Below, one piece after another: positions 19,342-30,027 of a DNA stretch of 64,000 bases; the stretch's first letter is position 1, and each line of letters begins with the position of its first letter. The notes under the pieces were generated by a model. The model was not told the DNA's origin and ran no database searches. It saw nothing but the letters and a program-made list of their open reading frames with translations. Source of the stretch: an uncultured Gemmatimonadales bacterium (GTDB lineage Bacteria; Gemmatimonadota; Gemmatimonadetes; Gemmatimonadales; Gemmatimonadaceae). Position numbers and translations under genes: made by a program. The DNA lies in contig CAWKNZ010000007.1 in the NCBI GenBank assembly GCA_963851265.1, forward strand, positions 512,001 to 576,000. The letters are read 5' to 3'.

Positions 19342-19370
19342 GTGAACGCCAGATAAACGGGAGATGAACG
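19342..19370. promoter_or_regulatory. Triple direct repeat, putative OmpR/PhoB-family operator
   Basis: GTGAACG, ATAAACG, ATGAACG at 19342, 19353, 19364 (11-bp period) between divergent degP and response regulator. Confidence 0.55.
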
Positions 19371-19432
19371 CGGGGCCCGATCGGCCCGCGCGGCGGGCGC
19401 GCACGGGACCGGAGCGTGCATCGGGGGTCCGC

Positions 19433-20116
19433 ATGCGCATCCTGGTCGTCGAGGACGACACGAAGCTCCTGGACGTGCTCGCGCGCAGCCTGCGCGAGGA
19501 GGGATACGCCGTGGACACGGCGGCCGACGGCGAGCGCGCGCTCGTGCAGGCCACGGTCAACGCGTACGACGCGATCGTGCTCGACGTGGGGCTGCCCCGA
19601 CGCGACGGGCTCGAGGTGAGCCGCGCCCTGCGCGCGCGCGGCGCGCGCGTCCCCATCCTGATGCTGACGGCGCGCGACGCCGTCGACGACCGCGTCGCGG
19701 GGCTCGACGCGGGGGCCGACGACTACCTCGTCAAGCCGTTCTCGGTGCGCGAGTTGCTCGCGCGGGTGCGCGCCCTGCTCCGCCGGCTCCCCGAGCTGCT
19801 CCCCGCGACGATGACCGTCGGCGACCTCGTGCTCGACACCCGCACCCACACGGCGGCGCGCGGCGGGCGCGCGATCCCGCTCACGGCCAAGGAGTACGCG
19901 ATGCTCGAGTACCTCGCGCGCCACACGGGGCGGGTCGTGGGGCGTGCGGAGCTGACGGAACACGTCTGGGACGAGAACCACGACCCGTTCTCGAACGCGA
20001 TCGAGGTGTACGTGAACCGCCTGCGGAAGAAGGTCGACGAGGGCCAGGCGGAGCCGCTCATCCACACGCGGCGCGGGGCCGGCTACATGCTCGCGGCCCC
20101 CGCGGCAGAGCGTTAG
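19433..20116 (+). CDS. OmpR-family DNA-binding response regulator
   Basis: MRILVVEDD, LDVGLP, LTARD, GADDYLVKPF, winged-helix IHTRRGAGY. Confidence 0.95.
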   Translation: MRILVVEDDTKLLDVLARSLREEGYAVDTAADGERALVQATVNAYDAIVLDVGLPRRDGLEVSRALRARGARVPILMLTARDAVDDRVAGLDAGADDYLVKPFSVRELLARVRALLRRLPELLPATMTVGDLVLDTRTHTAARGGRAIPLTAKEYAMLEYLARHTGRVVGRAELTEHVWDENHDPFSNAIEVYVNRLRKKVDEGQAEPLIHTRRGAGYMLAAPAAER

Positions 20117-20128
20117 GCGGGGGCGCGC

Positions 20129-21605
20129 GTGTTCCGGTCCATCCGCGTCCGGCTCACCGCCTGGTACGCGGGCGCGTTCGCGCTGTTCGAGCTGGTGTTC
20201 GCCGTGGCCGGCTACGGCTTCGTCGCGCGAGCGACCGGCGCCCGGGTGGACGAGGACCTCGTGCGGATGGCGGGCGCGGTGGCCGACGCGCTCGACGCGC
20301 AGCAGGCGTTCGGCGCCTTTCCCGGCGCGGGCGTCGCGGCCGCGATGCGCGAGTTCCGACTCGGCGACGTGGCCGTCGCGGTGCTCGACCGCGGGAGCGG
20401 AGACGTGGTCGTCGCGTTCGAGAATCCCTCGCGCGACCGCCCCGAGCCCGGTCGATTCGACTGGCGGCGCCGGTTCGCCCCGCCGGCGCCCGCCGACTTC
20501 CGCGCCGTGCTCTTTGCCGCACCGCCCGCGCCCGCGCTCGTCACCCTGCGCACCGACGGCCCGCCGGTCCGGCTCTACACCATGCCGTACCTGTTCGGCG
20601 GACGGCCGCTGATGGTCGGCGTCTCGCAATCGCTGGCGCCGCAGCAGCGCACGCTCGCCGACGCGCGTACCGCGCTCGCCGTCGGCGTTCCCCTGATGCT
20701 CGCGGCGGCGGTCGTGGGCGGGTACGCCCTCGCGCGCCGCAGCCTGCGGCCGGTGGCGACCATGACGCGCGAGGCCGCGCACATCAGCGCGGGCACGCTG
20801 CACGAGCGCCTCCCGGTCGCCGACCCGCGCGACGAGCTGGGGCACCTCGCGGCGGTGTTCAACGACCTGTTAGGCCGGCTCGAGGCCGCGTTCGAGCGCC
20901 AGCGCCGCTTCGTCGCCGACGCGTCACACGAGCTGCGCACCCCGGTGGCGATCATCGCCGGCGAGGCCGAACTCGCGCTCGGCCGCGAGGGGCGCGACGC
21001 CGGCGGCGCTGCGCGCCGCGCTGGTGACCATCGGCGACGAGACGCGGCGCCTGCAGCAGATCGTGGGCGACCTGTTCCTCCTCGCGCGCGCCGACGCGGG
21101 CGAGCGACCGCGCGCCGTCGAGGAGCTGTACCTCGCGGACCTCGTCGCCGCGGTGGCGCACGCGGTGCGCACGCTCGCCGCCCGCAAGCAGATCACGGTC
21201 ACCGAGCACGTCGACGGCGACCTGCCGTTCCGCGGCGACGAGGGGCTGCTCCGGCGGCTGCTGCTCAACCTCGTCGACAACGCGATCAAGTTCACGCCGG
21301 AGGGCGGGCGCGTGGACGTCACCGCAGCCCAGCGCGGCGCCGAGTACGTGATCGAGGTGGCCGACACCGGACCCGGCGTCCGCCCCGAGGACCGGGCGCG
21401 CGTGTTCGAGCGGTTCTTTCGCGCGCCGCCGGCGGAGGCGGCCGTCGCGACGGGGAGCGGGGCCGGACTCGGGCTCGCGATCGCCCGCTGGATCGCGGAG
21501 GCGCACGGCGGGGGGCTCTCGCTCGCGCGGTCGGGGGACGGGGGGAGCTCGTTCGCGGTCACGTTGCCGGTGCCTAACGCCGGGCCCGCGCCCGCCGGCG
21601 GATAA
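20129..21605 (+). pseudogene. HAMP sensor histidine kinase, frameshifted near 21000
   Basis: TM-HAMP-H-box (ASHELRTP) in frame of 20129; N/G boxes (NLVDNAIKFT, DTGPG, GAGLGLAI) in the +1 frame; removing one base at about 21000 joins them. Confidence 0.85.
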
Positions 21606-21653
21606 CGCCGCGGCGGGCGCGGGCCCTGGTCGCCGCGCCGAGCGCCCCGTAGG

Positions 21654-23126
21654 TTGGCTCGCCCTCGCCCATCCCCACGGACCCCGGAGCCGCCGTTGCC
21701 CCCGCCAGCCCTTCGTCGCGCGCTCGCCGCGCTCGCGCTCCTCTCGCCCGCAGCGCTCGCCGCACAGGGCGCACGTCCCGCCGCGCTCACGCCCTACGAT
21801 GCCCTCGGCCGCGACCTGCTGCGCGAGCTGGTCGAGACGAACACCACGTACTCGGCCGGGAGCACGACCAGGGCGGCGACGGCCATGGCGGCGCGCTTCC
21901 GGGCGGCGGGATTTCCGGCCGCCGACGTCGTGATCGTCGGCCCCGACACGGGCGTCGACGCGAAGGACCGCAACCTCGTCGTGCGCTACCGGGGTGCCGG
22001 CAAGCGCCCGCCGATCGTGCTCATCGGGCACCTCGACGTCGTCGAGGCGCGGCGCGCCGATTGGGTGCTCGACCCGTTCGCGCTGACCGAGCGGGACGGG
22101 CACTTCTACGGCCGCGGCACGCTCGACATGAAGAACGGCGACGCGGCGTGGGTGGCGGCGTTGCTTCGGATGAAGCAGGAAGGGGTCGTCCCGGCCGGCG
22201 ACTTCGTGCTCGCGCTCACGGCGGGCGAGGAGGGCGGGGGCGGGTACAACGGGATCGCGTGGCTCCTGGCGCACCGCCCCGACCTGCTCGACGGCACGTT
22301 CGCGCTCAACGCCGACGGCGGCGGCGGCGAGCTACATGCGGGCCGGCCGGTCGCCCTCGACGTCGACGCGGCGGAGAAGGTATTCCACTCGGTTCACCTC
22401 ACGGTGCGCAATCCGGGCGGGCACAGCTCGCTGCCGTCGAAGGACAACGCCATCTACCGCCTCGCCGCCGCGCTGGGCCGTCTGGCCGCGTACGACTTCC
22501 CGCTCCAGACCAATGCGATCACGCGCGCGTACTTCGCGCGCAGTGCCGCGTTGAGCGAGGGGCCGCTCGCGGCCGAGATGCGGGCCGTGAGCACCGGCGA
22601 CGAGCCCGACCCGGCGGCGGCGGCGCGGCTCACCGCGCGCTCGTCGTTCTACAACGCGCTCCTCCGGACGACGTGCGTCGCCACGCTCATCGAAGGCGGG
22701 CACGCGCCCAACGCCCTCCCGCAGCGCGCGCGCGCGACGGTCAATTGCCGGATCCTGCCCGGCGTCGACCCCGCCGCGGTCGAGGCGACGATCCGCACCG
22801 TGGTGGCCGATACCGCGGTCGTCGTGACCGCGGCCGACACCGCCCACCGGATCGCGCCGTCGCCGCTCCCGCCGGCACTCGAGCGCACGCTGCGGGCGAC
22901 CGTCGGCTCGATCTGGGGGCCGCTGCCGATCGTGCCCGATATGGCGACCGGCGCGTCGGACGCGGTGTATCTGTCGGCGCGCATGCCCGTGTACGGCGTG
23001 AGCGGCCTCTTCGCCGACCCCAATAACCCCGACGACACGCGTGCCCACGGCCTCGACGAGCGCATCGGCGTGCAGGCGTTCTACGACCAGCTGGAATTCA
23101 CGTATCGGCTGCTGAAGGCGCTCTGA
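21654..23126 (+). CDS. M20/M25/M40 family metallopeptidase, secreted
   Basis: GHLDVV, YGRGTLDMK, AGEE, GGHSS, AHGLDER; signal peptide; start uncertain. Confidence 0.9.
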   Translation: MARPRPSPRTPEPPLPPPALRRALAALALLSPAALAAQGARPAALTPYDALGRDLLRELVETNTTYSAGSTTRAATAMAARFRAAGFPAADVVIVGPDTGVDAKDRNLVVRYRGAGKRPPIVLIGHLDVVEARRADWVLDPFALTERDGHFYGRGTLDMKNGDAAWVAALLRMKQEGVVPAGDFVLALTAGEEGGGGYNGIAWLLAHRPDLLDGTFALNADGGGGELHAGRPVALDVDAAEKVFHSVHLTVRNPGGHSSLPSKDNAIYRLAAALGRLAAYDFPLQTNAITRAYFARSAALSEGPLAAEMRAVSTGDEPDPAAAARLTARSSFYNALLRTTCVATLIEGGHAPNALPQRARATVNCRILPGVDPAAVEATIRTVVADTAVVVTAADTAHRIAPSPLPPALERTLRATVGSIWGPLPIVPDMATGASDAVYLSARMPVYGVSGLFADPNNPDDTRAHGLDERIGVQAFYDQLEFTYRLLKAL

Positions 23127-23269
23127 CGCGCGCACGCGCCGCGGCGCGCCGACCTGCGCCGACCCTGGCGCACCGGGGCGTGACGCTGCAACTCGGGCCG
23201 ATTCGTGTGGGGCATGTGCCTTGCCGTTGTCGACGTTGTATTACCGACCTTCATCCAGAGACTCCCATC

Positions 23270-23587
23270 ATGCGCATCTCGCATTTCGTTCGCGCGGCGA
23301 CCGCCGCCGCCGTCGTTCCGGTTTTCGCCGCCGCGGCTCAGCAGACCACGCAGCCGGTGCAGACCACGCAGCCGGTGCAGACCACGCAGCCCGTGCAGCC
23401 CAAGCACCACAGCGTGCTCGCGGGCGCTGCCGCGGGTGCGGCCGCCGGGTCGGCCATCCCGGGTCACCGGCATCCGATCCTCGGCGCGGTCGTCGGGGCG
23501 GAGGTGCAGCACCACCGGAACAAGGCTGCGAAGCGCGCCGCGCGCGCGCAGGCCGCGCAGGCCGCCGCCGGCACCACGACGCCCTGA
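23270..23587 (+). CDS. Small secreted protein with QTTQPV repeats and glycine-zipper-like segment
   Basis: Signal peptide ending AAA-Q; GAAAGAAAG..GAVVGA; good codon usage. Confidence 0.7.
   Translation: MRISHFVRAATAAAVVPVFAAAAQQTTQPVQTTQPVQTTQPVQPKHHSVLAGAAAGAAAGSAIPGHRHPILGAVVGAEVQHHRNKAAKRAARAQAAQAAAGTTTP
23341..23394 (+). repeat. 18-bp coding tandem repeat x3
   Basis: GCAGACCACGCAGCCSGT three times. Confidence 0.9.
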
Positions 23588-23603
23588 CCGCGACACCTCG
23601 CCG

Positions 23604-23632
23604 GGAGCGCCTTTTCGAAGGGAAGGCGCTCC
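23604..23632. terminator. Hairpin between the small protein gene and panE
   Basis: GGAGCGCCTT / AAGGCGCTCC 10-bp stem. Confidence 0.5.
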
Positions 23633-23633
23633 G

Positions 23634-24587
23634 TTGACTCCGCTGCGCGCCGTCGTGCTCGGCGCCGGCGGTGTCGGCGGCTACTTCGGCGGGGTGCTAG
23701 CCCGCGCGGGCCACGCGGTCACCCTGCTCGCTCGCGGCGACCACCTCGCGGGGATCCGAGCGCGCGGGCTGGAGCTCCGGGTGCCCGCCGACGAGTCGGT
23801 CGCGTTCGACCGCGACGGCTGCGTGCGGCTCGACGCGACCGATGATCCGGACGCGCTCCCCGACGCGGATCTCGTGATCGTCGCCGTGAAGAGCTACTCG
23901 CTCGACGAGGTCGCGCCGGCCGCGGCGCGCCTCGCCGCCGGCGGGGCGACCGTGCTCCCACTGCTCAACGGCGTCGACGCGGCCGACCGTCTCGTCGCGG
24001 CCGGCGTGCCCGTGCGCGCGCTCCTCGCCGGCGTGACCGTGATCAGCGCGGCCCGCGTGGCGGCGGGGGTGATCGAGCGCCGCTCCGCGTTCCAGCGCGT
24101 CATCGTGGGCCGGCTCGGCGCGCACACCCTCGACGACGCCCGCGACGAGGCGGCCGGCCGGATCGTCTCCGCGTTCCGCGATGCGGGCGTCGACGCGCGC
24201 GAGTCGCCGCGCATCGAGGTCGACCTCTGGAACAAGCTCGTTTTCCTCGCCTCGATGGCGGCGGCATGCGGCCTCGCGCGCGCCGACGTGGGCACCGTGC
24301 GCCGCGCACCGCTCGGCCACCTGCTCGTCGAGCGTGCGGTGGCAGAGATCGTCGCGGTCGCGCGGGCACACGGCATTGCGCTCGCGCCGGACATCGGCGA
24401 GCAGACGGTCGCCGCTATCGACGCCCTCCCCGCCGCGATGCGCCCGAGCTTCCTGCTCGACGTCGAACGCGGCGGGCCCACGGAACTCGACGTGCTGAGT
24501 GGCGCGGTGAGCCGGTTCGGCCGTCGCTATAGCGTCCCCACACCGGTGCACGACACCGCGGTCGCGGCACTCTCCGCGTTCCGTTAA
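23634..24587 (+). CDS. panE: 2-dehydropantoate 2-reductase
   Basis: LGAGGVGGYFG, VAVKSY, LLNGVD, LWNKLVF, PSFLLD, TELD. Confidence 0.88.
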   Translation: MTPLRAVVLGAGGVGGYFGGVLARAGHAVTLLARGDHLAGIRARGLELRVPADESVAFDRDGCVRLDATDDPDALPDADLVIVAVKSYSLDEVAPAAARLAAGGATVLPLLNGVDAADRLVAAGVPVRALLAGVTVISAARVAAGVIERRSAFQRVIVGRLGAHTLDDARDEAAGRIVSAFRDAGVDARESPRIEVDLWNKLVFLASMAAACGLARADVGTVRRAPLGHLLVERAVAEIVAVARAHGIALAPDIGEQTVAAIDALPAAMRPSFLLDVERGGPTELDVLSGAVSRFGRRYSVPTPVHDTAVAALSAFR

Positions 24588-24693
24588 AGCAGTCAGCGCC
24601 TGCGTGTAGTGGCCATGGCTTCCCACCGGTGCGCCACCCAGCCGCGATCTGCTCTCACGCGTACGCGCTCCGGCGCCGGAGACGCGACTTCGC

Positions 24694-26838
24694 TCAAGGC
24701 CGCACGTCAGGCATGAGCTGCCGCGCGAAGTACGTGTACTCGAGCGCCGACGTGCGCGCCTGCTCGCGCAGGTTCGCGCCCGCGCCGTGGCCGCCCTCGG
24801 TCACCTCGTAGAACAGGTACGGGTCGCCCATCGCCGCCATGCGCGCCGCGAACTTGCGCGCGTGCTGGGGGCCGACGCGGTCGTCCTTCGTCGTCGTCCA
24901 GACGAACGGCGTCGGGTAGTGCACGCCCGGCTTGAGGTTCTGGTACGGCGAGATCGACGCGAGGAAGGCGCGCTCGTCGGGGTTCGACACGCTGCCGTAC
25001 TCGCCCACCCACGAGCTGCCCGCGTCGATGTGTTCGAAGCGGAGCATGTCGAGCAACGGCACCTGGATGTCGACGGCCCCCCACAGCTCGGGGTGTTGGG
25101 TGAACTCGACGCCCATCAACAGTCCGCCGTTCGAGCCGCCCATGATCCCGAGCCGGCGCGGACTCGTCACCCGCCGTGCGATCAGGTCGCGCGCGACGGC
25201 CGCGAAGTCGTCGTAGATGATCTGCCGGTGCGTCTTGAGCCCGGCCTCGTGCCATGCCGGCCCGAACTCGCCGCCGCCCCGGATGTTGGCGAGCACGAAC
25301 ACGCCGCCGCGCTCCAGCCAGAGCTTGCCGACCATCGCCTCGTAGTCGGGCGTGATCGACACTTCGAAGCCGCCGTACGCCGTGAGCACCGTCGGGTGAC
25401 TGCCGTCGAGCGCCATCCCCTTCGGGTGCACGACGAAATAAGGGATCTGCGTGCCGTCGGACGACGCGGCCTCGCGCTGCTCCACGGTGTCGCGCGACGC
25501 GTCGAACTGCGGCGGGAGCGTTCGCGCGACCGCGGCCGCCCCGCGGCGCGCGTCGACGGTCCACACGCTGCTCGGCGTGAGGAACCCGGCGACGTTCACG
25601 AACGCATCGTCCCCGTGCAGATCGCCGTCGGTGACGTCGGTGGCGCGGTTGTCGGGGAAGGGGACCGACTCGCGCGTCCACGTGCCGTCGGCGGCACGCG
25701 CGAGGCGAACGACGCGCCCGCGCACGTTCTCGTAGACGCTCGCGACGAGGCGGTCGCGCGTCGCCGCCACCGCGCCCACCGACTCGCGCGGCCCGGGCTC
25801 CAGCAGCGCGACGGGTGCAAGATGCTCGGGGTCGGCCGCCGCGCGCATCGCGTCGAACGACGCCAGCGAACCCGTGCGGATGCTCGCGCCACCGTCCGTC
25901 CATGCGTCCGACAGCTTCATGATCACCTGGCCGTCCACGAGTGCGACCGGATCCGCCTTGAGCGGAATCGCGAGCTTCGCCACCCCGGCCGGGCGCACGA
26001 GGTACTTCTCGAACTCGAACGTGCTGAGCGGACGCACGATCATCGAGACCCGGTGCCCCGCGCCGTCCTCCAGCGTCACCGGCGAGACGCCGTAGCCGCC
26101 GTCACGTGCCGACCCGCGGAAGACCTCCACCGCCGCCGACACCGGCTGGCCGCGCACGAGGCGCTTCACGATGTACGGATAGCCCGACGCGGTCAGCTCG
26201 CCCGGCTGCCACTCGCGCGACACGAGCACCGTGTCGGCGCCGACCCACGCGACGCGTTGCTTGCCGCGCGGCAGCACGAACCCGCCCCGCGCGAAGGCGC
26301 GCGTGCCCACGTCGAACTCGCGCACCGTGACCGCGTCCTCGCCCCCTTCGGAGAGCTCGACGAGACACCGGCGTTCGGCGGGCTCCGCGCACTGCGCGCC
26401 CTTCCACACCCAATTGGCGTGCTCTGCACGCGCGAGTGCGTCGAGGTCGAGCACCGTCGTCCACCGCGGTGACGCCGAGCGGTAGCTCGCGAGCGAGGTG
26501 CGCCGCCAGATGCCGCGCACGTGGGCGCTGTCCTGCCAGAAGTTGTAGAGCTGCCCGTCGAGGAACCGCGCGTACGGGATGCGGTCCCGCGCCTGCGCCA
26601 CCGCGAGTGCGTCGCGATAGAGCGAGGCGAACCGCGGATCCTTCTCCAGCACCGCGGTGGTCTTCGCGTTCTCGGCCTTCACCCAGGCCATGACCCGCGG
26701 GCCGTTCTGGTCTTCGAGCCAGAGGTACGGGTCCCCCGACGAGTCGGACGCGGGCGGCGTGGCGGGGGGCGCCTGCGCGCCCGCGGCGCGGGCCAGCGCG
26801 AGCGCGAGGACGGCGAGTCGAGCGCGATGATTCGGCAT
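24694..26838 (-). CDS. Prolyl oligopeptidase (S9A), secreted
   Basis: DPYLWLE, YGGF, ANIRGGGEFG, GGSNGG nucleophile, DDRV, GGHG. Confidence 0.95.
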   Translation of the reverse strand: MPNHRARLAVLALALARAAGAQAPPATPPASDSSGDPYLWLEDQNGPRVMAWVKAENAKTTAVLEKDPRFASLYRDALAVAQARDRIPYARFLDGQLYNFWQDSAHVRGIWRRTSLASYRSASPRWTTVLDLDALARAEHANWVWKGAQCAEPAERRCLVELSEGGEDAVTVREFDVGTRAFARGGFVLPRGKQRVAWVGADTVLVSREWQPGELTASGYPYIVKRLVRGQPVSAAVEVFRGSARDGGYGVSPVTLEDGAGHRVSMIVRPLSTFEFEKYLVRPAGVAKLAIPLKADPVALVDGQVIMKLSDAWTDGGASIRTGSLASFDAMRAAADPEHLAPVALLEPGPRESVGAVAATRDRLVASVYENVRGRVVRLARAADGTWTRESVPFPDNRATDVTDGDLHGDDAFVNVAGFLTPSSVWTVDARRGAAAVARTLPPQFDASRDTVEQREAASSDGTQIPYFVVHPKGMALDGSHPTVLTAYGGFEVSITPDYEAMVGKLWLERGGVFVLANIRGGGEFGPAWHEAGLKTHRQIIYDDFAAVARDLIARRVTSPRRLGIMGGSNGGLLMGVEFTQHPELWGAVDIQVPLLDMLRFEHIDAGSSWVGEYGSVSNPDERAFLASISPYQNLKPGVHYPTPFVWTTTKDDRVGPQHARKFAARMAAMGDPYLFYEVTEGGHGAGANLREQARTSALEYTYFARQLMPDVRP

Positions 26839-27011
26839 GGAACGGAGCGAAAGAGCGGGGTGGCGCGGCGTCCCACGATCTTACCGCCCGGGCGCGCCAT
26901 CCGTGGGCCGTGGGCATCGTCCCCGCTCCGCGCGATCCGGCCGACCGCGCGGATTGCGCGCTCGGCCGCGCGGGCGTACATACGCGTACCCTCACCCCGC
27001 GAGCCACCGTC

Positions 27012-28319
27012 ATGCGCCGCACCCTCGCCCTAGCCGCCCTGCTGCTTCCCGCGGCCGTCCGCGCCCAGGAACCCACCACCGCCGCCGCACTCGCCGCCCT
27101 GCACACGGCGATCGCGGCAGGCACCGAGCGCGTCACGCCCCGCGTCGTCGCGTGGCGCGAGGACGTGCACCAGCATCCCGAACTGGGCACGCAGGAGGTG
27201 CGCACGGCGAAGCTCGTCGCCGACCACCTCCGCGCGTTAGGCATCGAGGTCCGCACCGGCGTCGGCGGCCACGGCGTGGTGGGCGTGCTGCGCGGCGGCC
27301 GGCCCGGCAAGGTGGTCGCCCTCCGCGCCGACATGGACGCGCTGCCCGTGACCGAGATGGTCGACGTGCCCTTCCGCTCCACCGCGAGGGCGACGTACAA
27401 CGGGCGCGAGGTCGGCGTGATGCACGCATGCGGACACGACAACCACGTCGCGATCCTGATGGGTGTGGCCGAAGTGCTGGCCGGGGTCCGGACGCGGCTG
27501 CCGGGGTCGGTCGTGTTCCTCTTCCAGCCGGCCGAGGAAGGGCCGGGCGGCGCGAAGCCGATGATCGAGCAGGGGGCGATGGACGACCCCAGGGTGGACG
27601 CGGTGTTCGGGCTCCACGTGGTGCCCGACAGCCTCGGTCACGTCGGCTACCGCGCGGGTCCGATGATGGCGTCGTCGGACGAGTTCACCATCGTCGTGCA
27701 CGGCAAGCAGACGCACGGCGCGCACCCGTCGGGCGGCATCGACCCGATCGTCGTCGGCTCGGAGATCGTCCTCGCGGCCCAGACCATCGTCAGTCGGCAG
27801 ATCGATCTCGCACAGTCGATGGCCGTGCTCAGCTTCGGAATCTTCAACGGCGGGCTGCGCAACAACATCATTCCCGACAGCGTCTACCTGAACGGCACCA
27901 TCCGCACCCTCGACCCCGGCGTCAGGCAGCAGGTGATTCGGCGCCTCGTGACCACCGCGACGCACGTGGCGGAGGCGTCGGGCGCGACGGCCACGGTGCG
28001 CATCGATTCGGGCTACCCGGTCAACGTGAGCGACCCCGCGCTCACGGCGCGCATGCTGCCGACGCTGCGCTGGGCCGCGGGCGCCGCCGGCGTACACGAG
28101 ATGACCGCGGGGCTCGCCTCCGAGGACTTCTCGTACTTCGCGCAGCGCGCGCCCGGCATGTTCGTCAACCTGGGCGTCGTCCCCGCAGGTCAGGACCCGG
28201 CCAAGGCGGCCTCCAACCACTCGCCGCTCTTTTTCGCCGACGAGCACGCCCTGCCGGTCGGCGTGCGCACGATGGCGGGGCTCGCCGTCGACTACCTCGC
28301 CGGCACCGGCGGACGCTGA
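27012..28319 (+). CDS. M20D amidohydrolase, secreted
   Basis: HQHPEL, LRADMDALP, MHACGHD, FQPAEE, SEDFS, NHSP. Confidence 0.93.
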   Translation: MRRTLALAALLLPAAVRAQEPTTAAALAALHTAIAAGTERVTPRVVAWREDVHQHPELGTQEVRTAKLVADHLRALGIEVRTGVGGHGVVGVLRGGRPGKVVALRADMDALPVTEMVDVPFRSTARATYNGREVGVMHACGHDNHVAILMGVAEVLAGVRTRLPGSVVFLFQPAEEGPGGAKPMIEQGAMDDPRVDAVFGLHVVPDSLGHVGYRAGPMMASSDEFTIVVHGKQTHGAHPSGGIDPIVVGSEIVLAAQTIVSRQIDLAQSMAVLSFGIFNGGLRNNIIPDSVYLNGTIRTLDPGVRQQVIRRLVTTATHVAEASGATATVRIDSGYPVNVSDPALTARMLPTLRWAAGAAGVHEMTAGLASEDFSYFAQRAPGMFVNLGVVPAGQDPAKAASNHSPLFFADEHALPVGVRTMAGLAVDYLAGTGGR

Positions 28320-28381
28320 TCGCGGCGCTATATAGCGCAGCAGCTTCGCACGCCCGTCACGCCACCCCGCTCCCGCCCGCC

Positions 28382-29926
28382 ATGCACACTTTCACCCCCG
28401 TCCGCTACCTGCTCGCCGGCGCGCTCGTCGCGCTCTCGCGCGGTTCGCTCGCCGCCCAATCCGGCGCGGCGCGCGGTCAACTGCCCGCCGCGTACGCCGC
28501 CGTCCGCGAGGCCGACCTTCGGCGCGACGTCGGCGAGATGGCAGCGCCCGGGATGCGCGGCCGCGAGGGGGGGACGCTCGACGAGTTGCGCGCGTCGATG
28601 TGGGTCGCGGACCAGTACCGCCGCATCGGGCTGCAGCCGATGGGCCAGGACGGCACGTACTTCCAGTGGTTCGAGATGACGCGTACGCGCGTCTCGACCA
28701 CCGCCAGCCGCATGAGCATCGGCGGGCAGCCGGCGACGCTGTTCGGCGACGTCATCCCGCTGCTCGTCGTCCCGGCCGAGGCGTCCGGGCAGGTACTCTG
28801 GGTCCCCGACGCGTCGGACACCACGGTCGACGTGCGCGGTCGCATCGTCGCGACGCCGCTGCTCGCGCCGCCGGCGGCGGCGATCCGGGCCAACAGCTAC
28901 ACGTTCGCCTCGCGCTACGCGGACGCTGCGGTCGTCGCCACCACCTCGCGTTTCGCGCGGCGAGGCGCCGCGGCGCTCCTCCTGGTCGCGAGCCCGGCCG
29001 TCGACAGCGCGTTCCGCGTGGTGGCCGACGCGCGCGTTCGCGGCGCGTACGACGTGGACCGCGCCGTTCCGCGCGCGGCCACCGGTTCGGACCGCGTCGC
29101 GCCCCCGCCCGCGTTAGGCGCCGGCCCCACGCCCGCGTTCCTCGTGCGCGCGGCGATGCGCGGCGCGCTGGCGGCGCAACCGCGGGCCGAGCTCTCCGTA
29201 CGGCTGGAGCGATTCACCGCGCCCTCGGTCAACGTGATCGGCGTGGTGCGCGGCACGGACCCCCGGCTGCGCGACGAGTACGTCGTCTACAGCTCGCACC
29301 AGGACGCCAACGGCGTGCGCTACACGCTGGAGGGCGACTCGGTGCACGCGGGCGCCGACGACAACGCCTCGGTCACGGCCGCCGGCCTCGCGGCGGCGCG
29401 GGCGTTCATGCGCCAGCCCGCGAAACGCTCGGTGCTCTTCATCAACCACGGGTCGGAAGAGCGCGGCCTGCTCGGCTCGCGCTACCACGCCGCGCACCCG
29501 GTCGTGCCGATCGAGCGCCTGGTCGCCGTCATCAACGGCGACATGATCGGGCGCAACAGCCCCGACTCGGCGTCGCTGCTAGGCTCCCAGCCGCCGCACC
29601 GGAACTCCGACGACCTCGTCTCCATGGCGCTGCGCGCGAACGCCCTCACGGGACGGTTCATCCTCGACACGCTCTGGGACCGGCCGACGCACCCGGAGGG
29701 GTGGTACTTCCGGAGCGACCACGTGCCCTACGCGCGCCGCGGGGTGCCCGCGCTGATGTACACCACCGACCTGCACGACGACTACCACACGCCCCGCGAC
29801 CGGCCCGAGCGCATCGACTACCCGAAGCTGACGCGCATGGCGCAGTGGATGTACCTCACCGGATGGTTCGCCGCCAACGCGCCCGAGCGGCCGAAGATCG
29901 ACCCGGGGGCGAAGCTGGAGCGGTAG
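28382..29926 (+). CDS. M28 family peptidase, secreted
   Basis: SHQD, GADDNAS, SEERGLLGS, RSDH, DYHTP. Confidence 0.92.
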   Translation: MHTFTPVRYLLAGALVALSRGSLAAQSGAARGQLPAAYAAVREADLRRDVGEMAAPGMRGREGGTLDELRASMWVADQYRRIGLQPMGQDGTYFQWFEMTRTRVSTTASRMSIGGQPATLFGDVIPLLVVPAEASGQVLWVPDASDTTVDVRGRIVATPLLAPPAAAIRANSYTFASRYADAAVVATTSRFARRGAAALLLVASPAVDSAFRVVADARVRGAYDVDRAVPRAATGSDRVAPPPALGAGPTPAFLVRAAMRGALAAQPRAELSVRLERFTAPSVNVIGVVRGTDPRLRDEYVVYSSHQDANGVRYTLEGDSVHAGADDNASVTAAGLAAARAFMRQPAKRSVLFINHGSEERGLLGSRYHAAHPVVPIERLVAVINGDMIGRNSPDSASLLGSQPPHRNSDDLVSMALRANALTGRFILDTLWDRPTHPEGWYFRSDHVPYARRGVPALMYTTDLHDDYHTPRDRPERIDYPKLTRMAQWMYLTGWFAANAPERPKIDPGAKLER

Positions 29927-30027
29927 GCGACCGGCGCGCGCAACGGCCGGCGTTCGCGCGTGGCAGGGACGGCCCACGCTTGCGCGGGCGTCGACCCATG
30001 CCTAGCGCGATCGCCAGCCCCCGCCGC

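Noticed and set aside
26837..29926. 1029-aa ORF as one protein
   Set aside because: The first half is an off-frame shadow of the M20D gene; the M28 peptidase starts at 28382 with its own signal peptide
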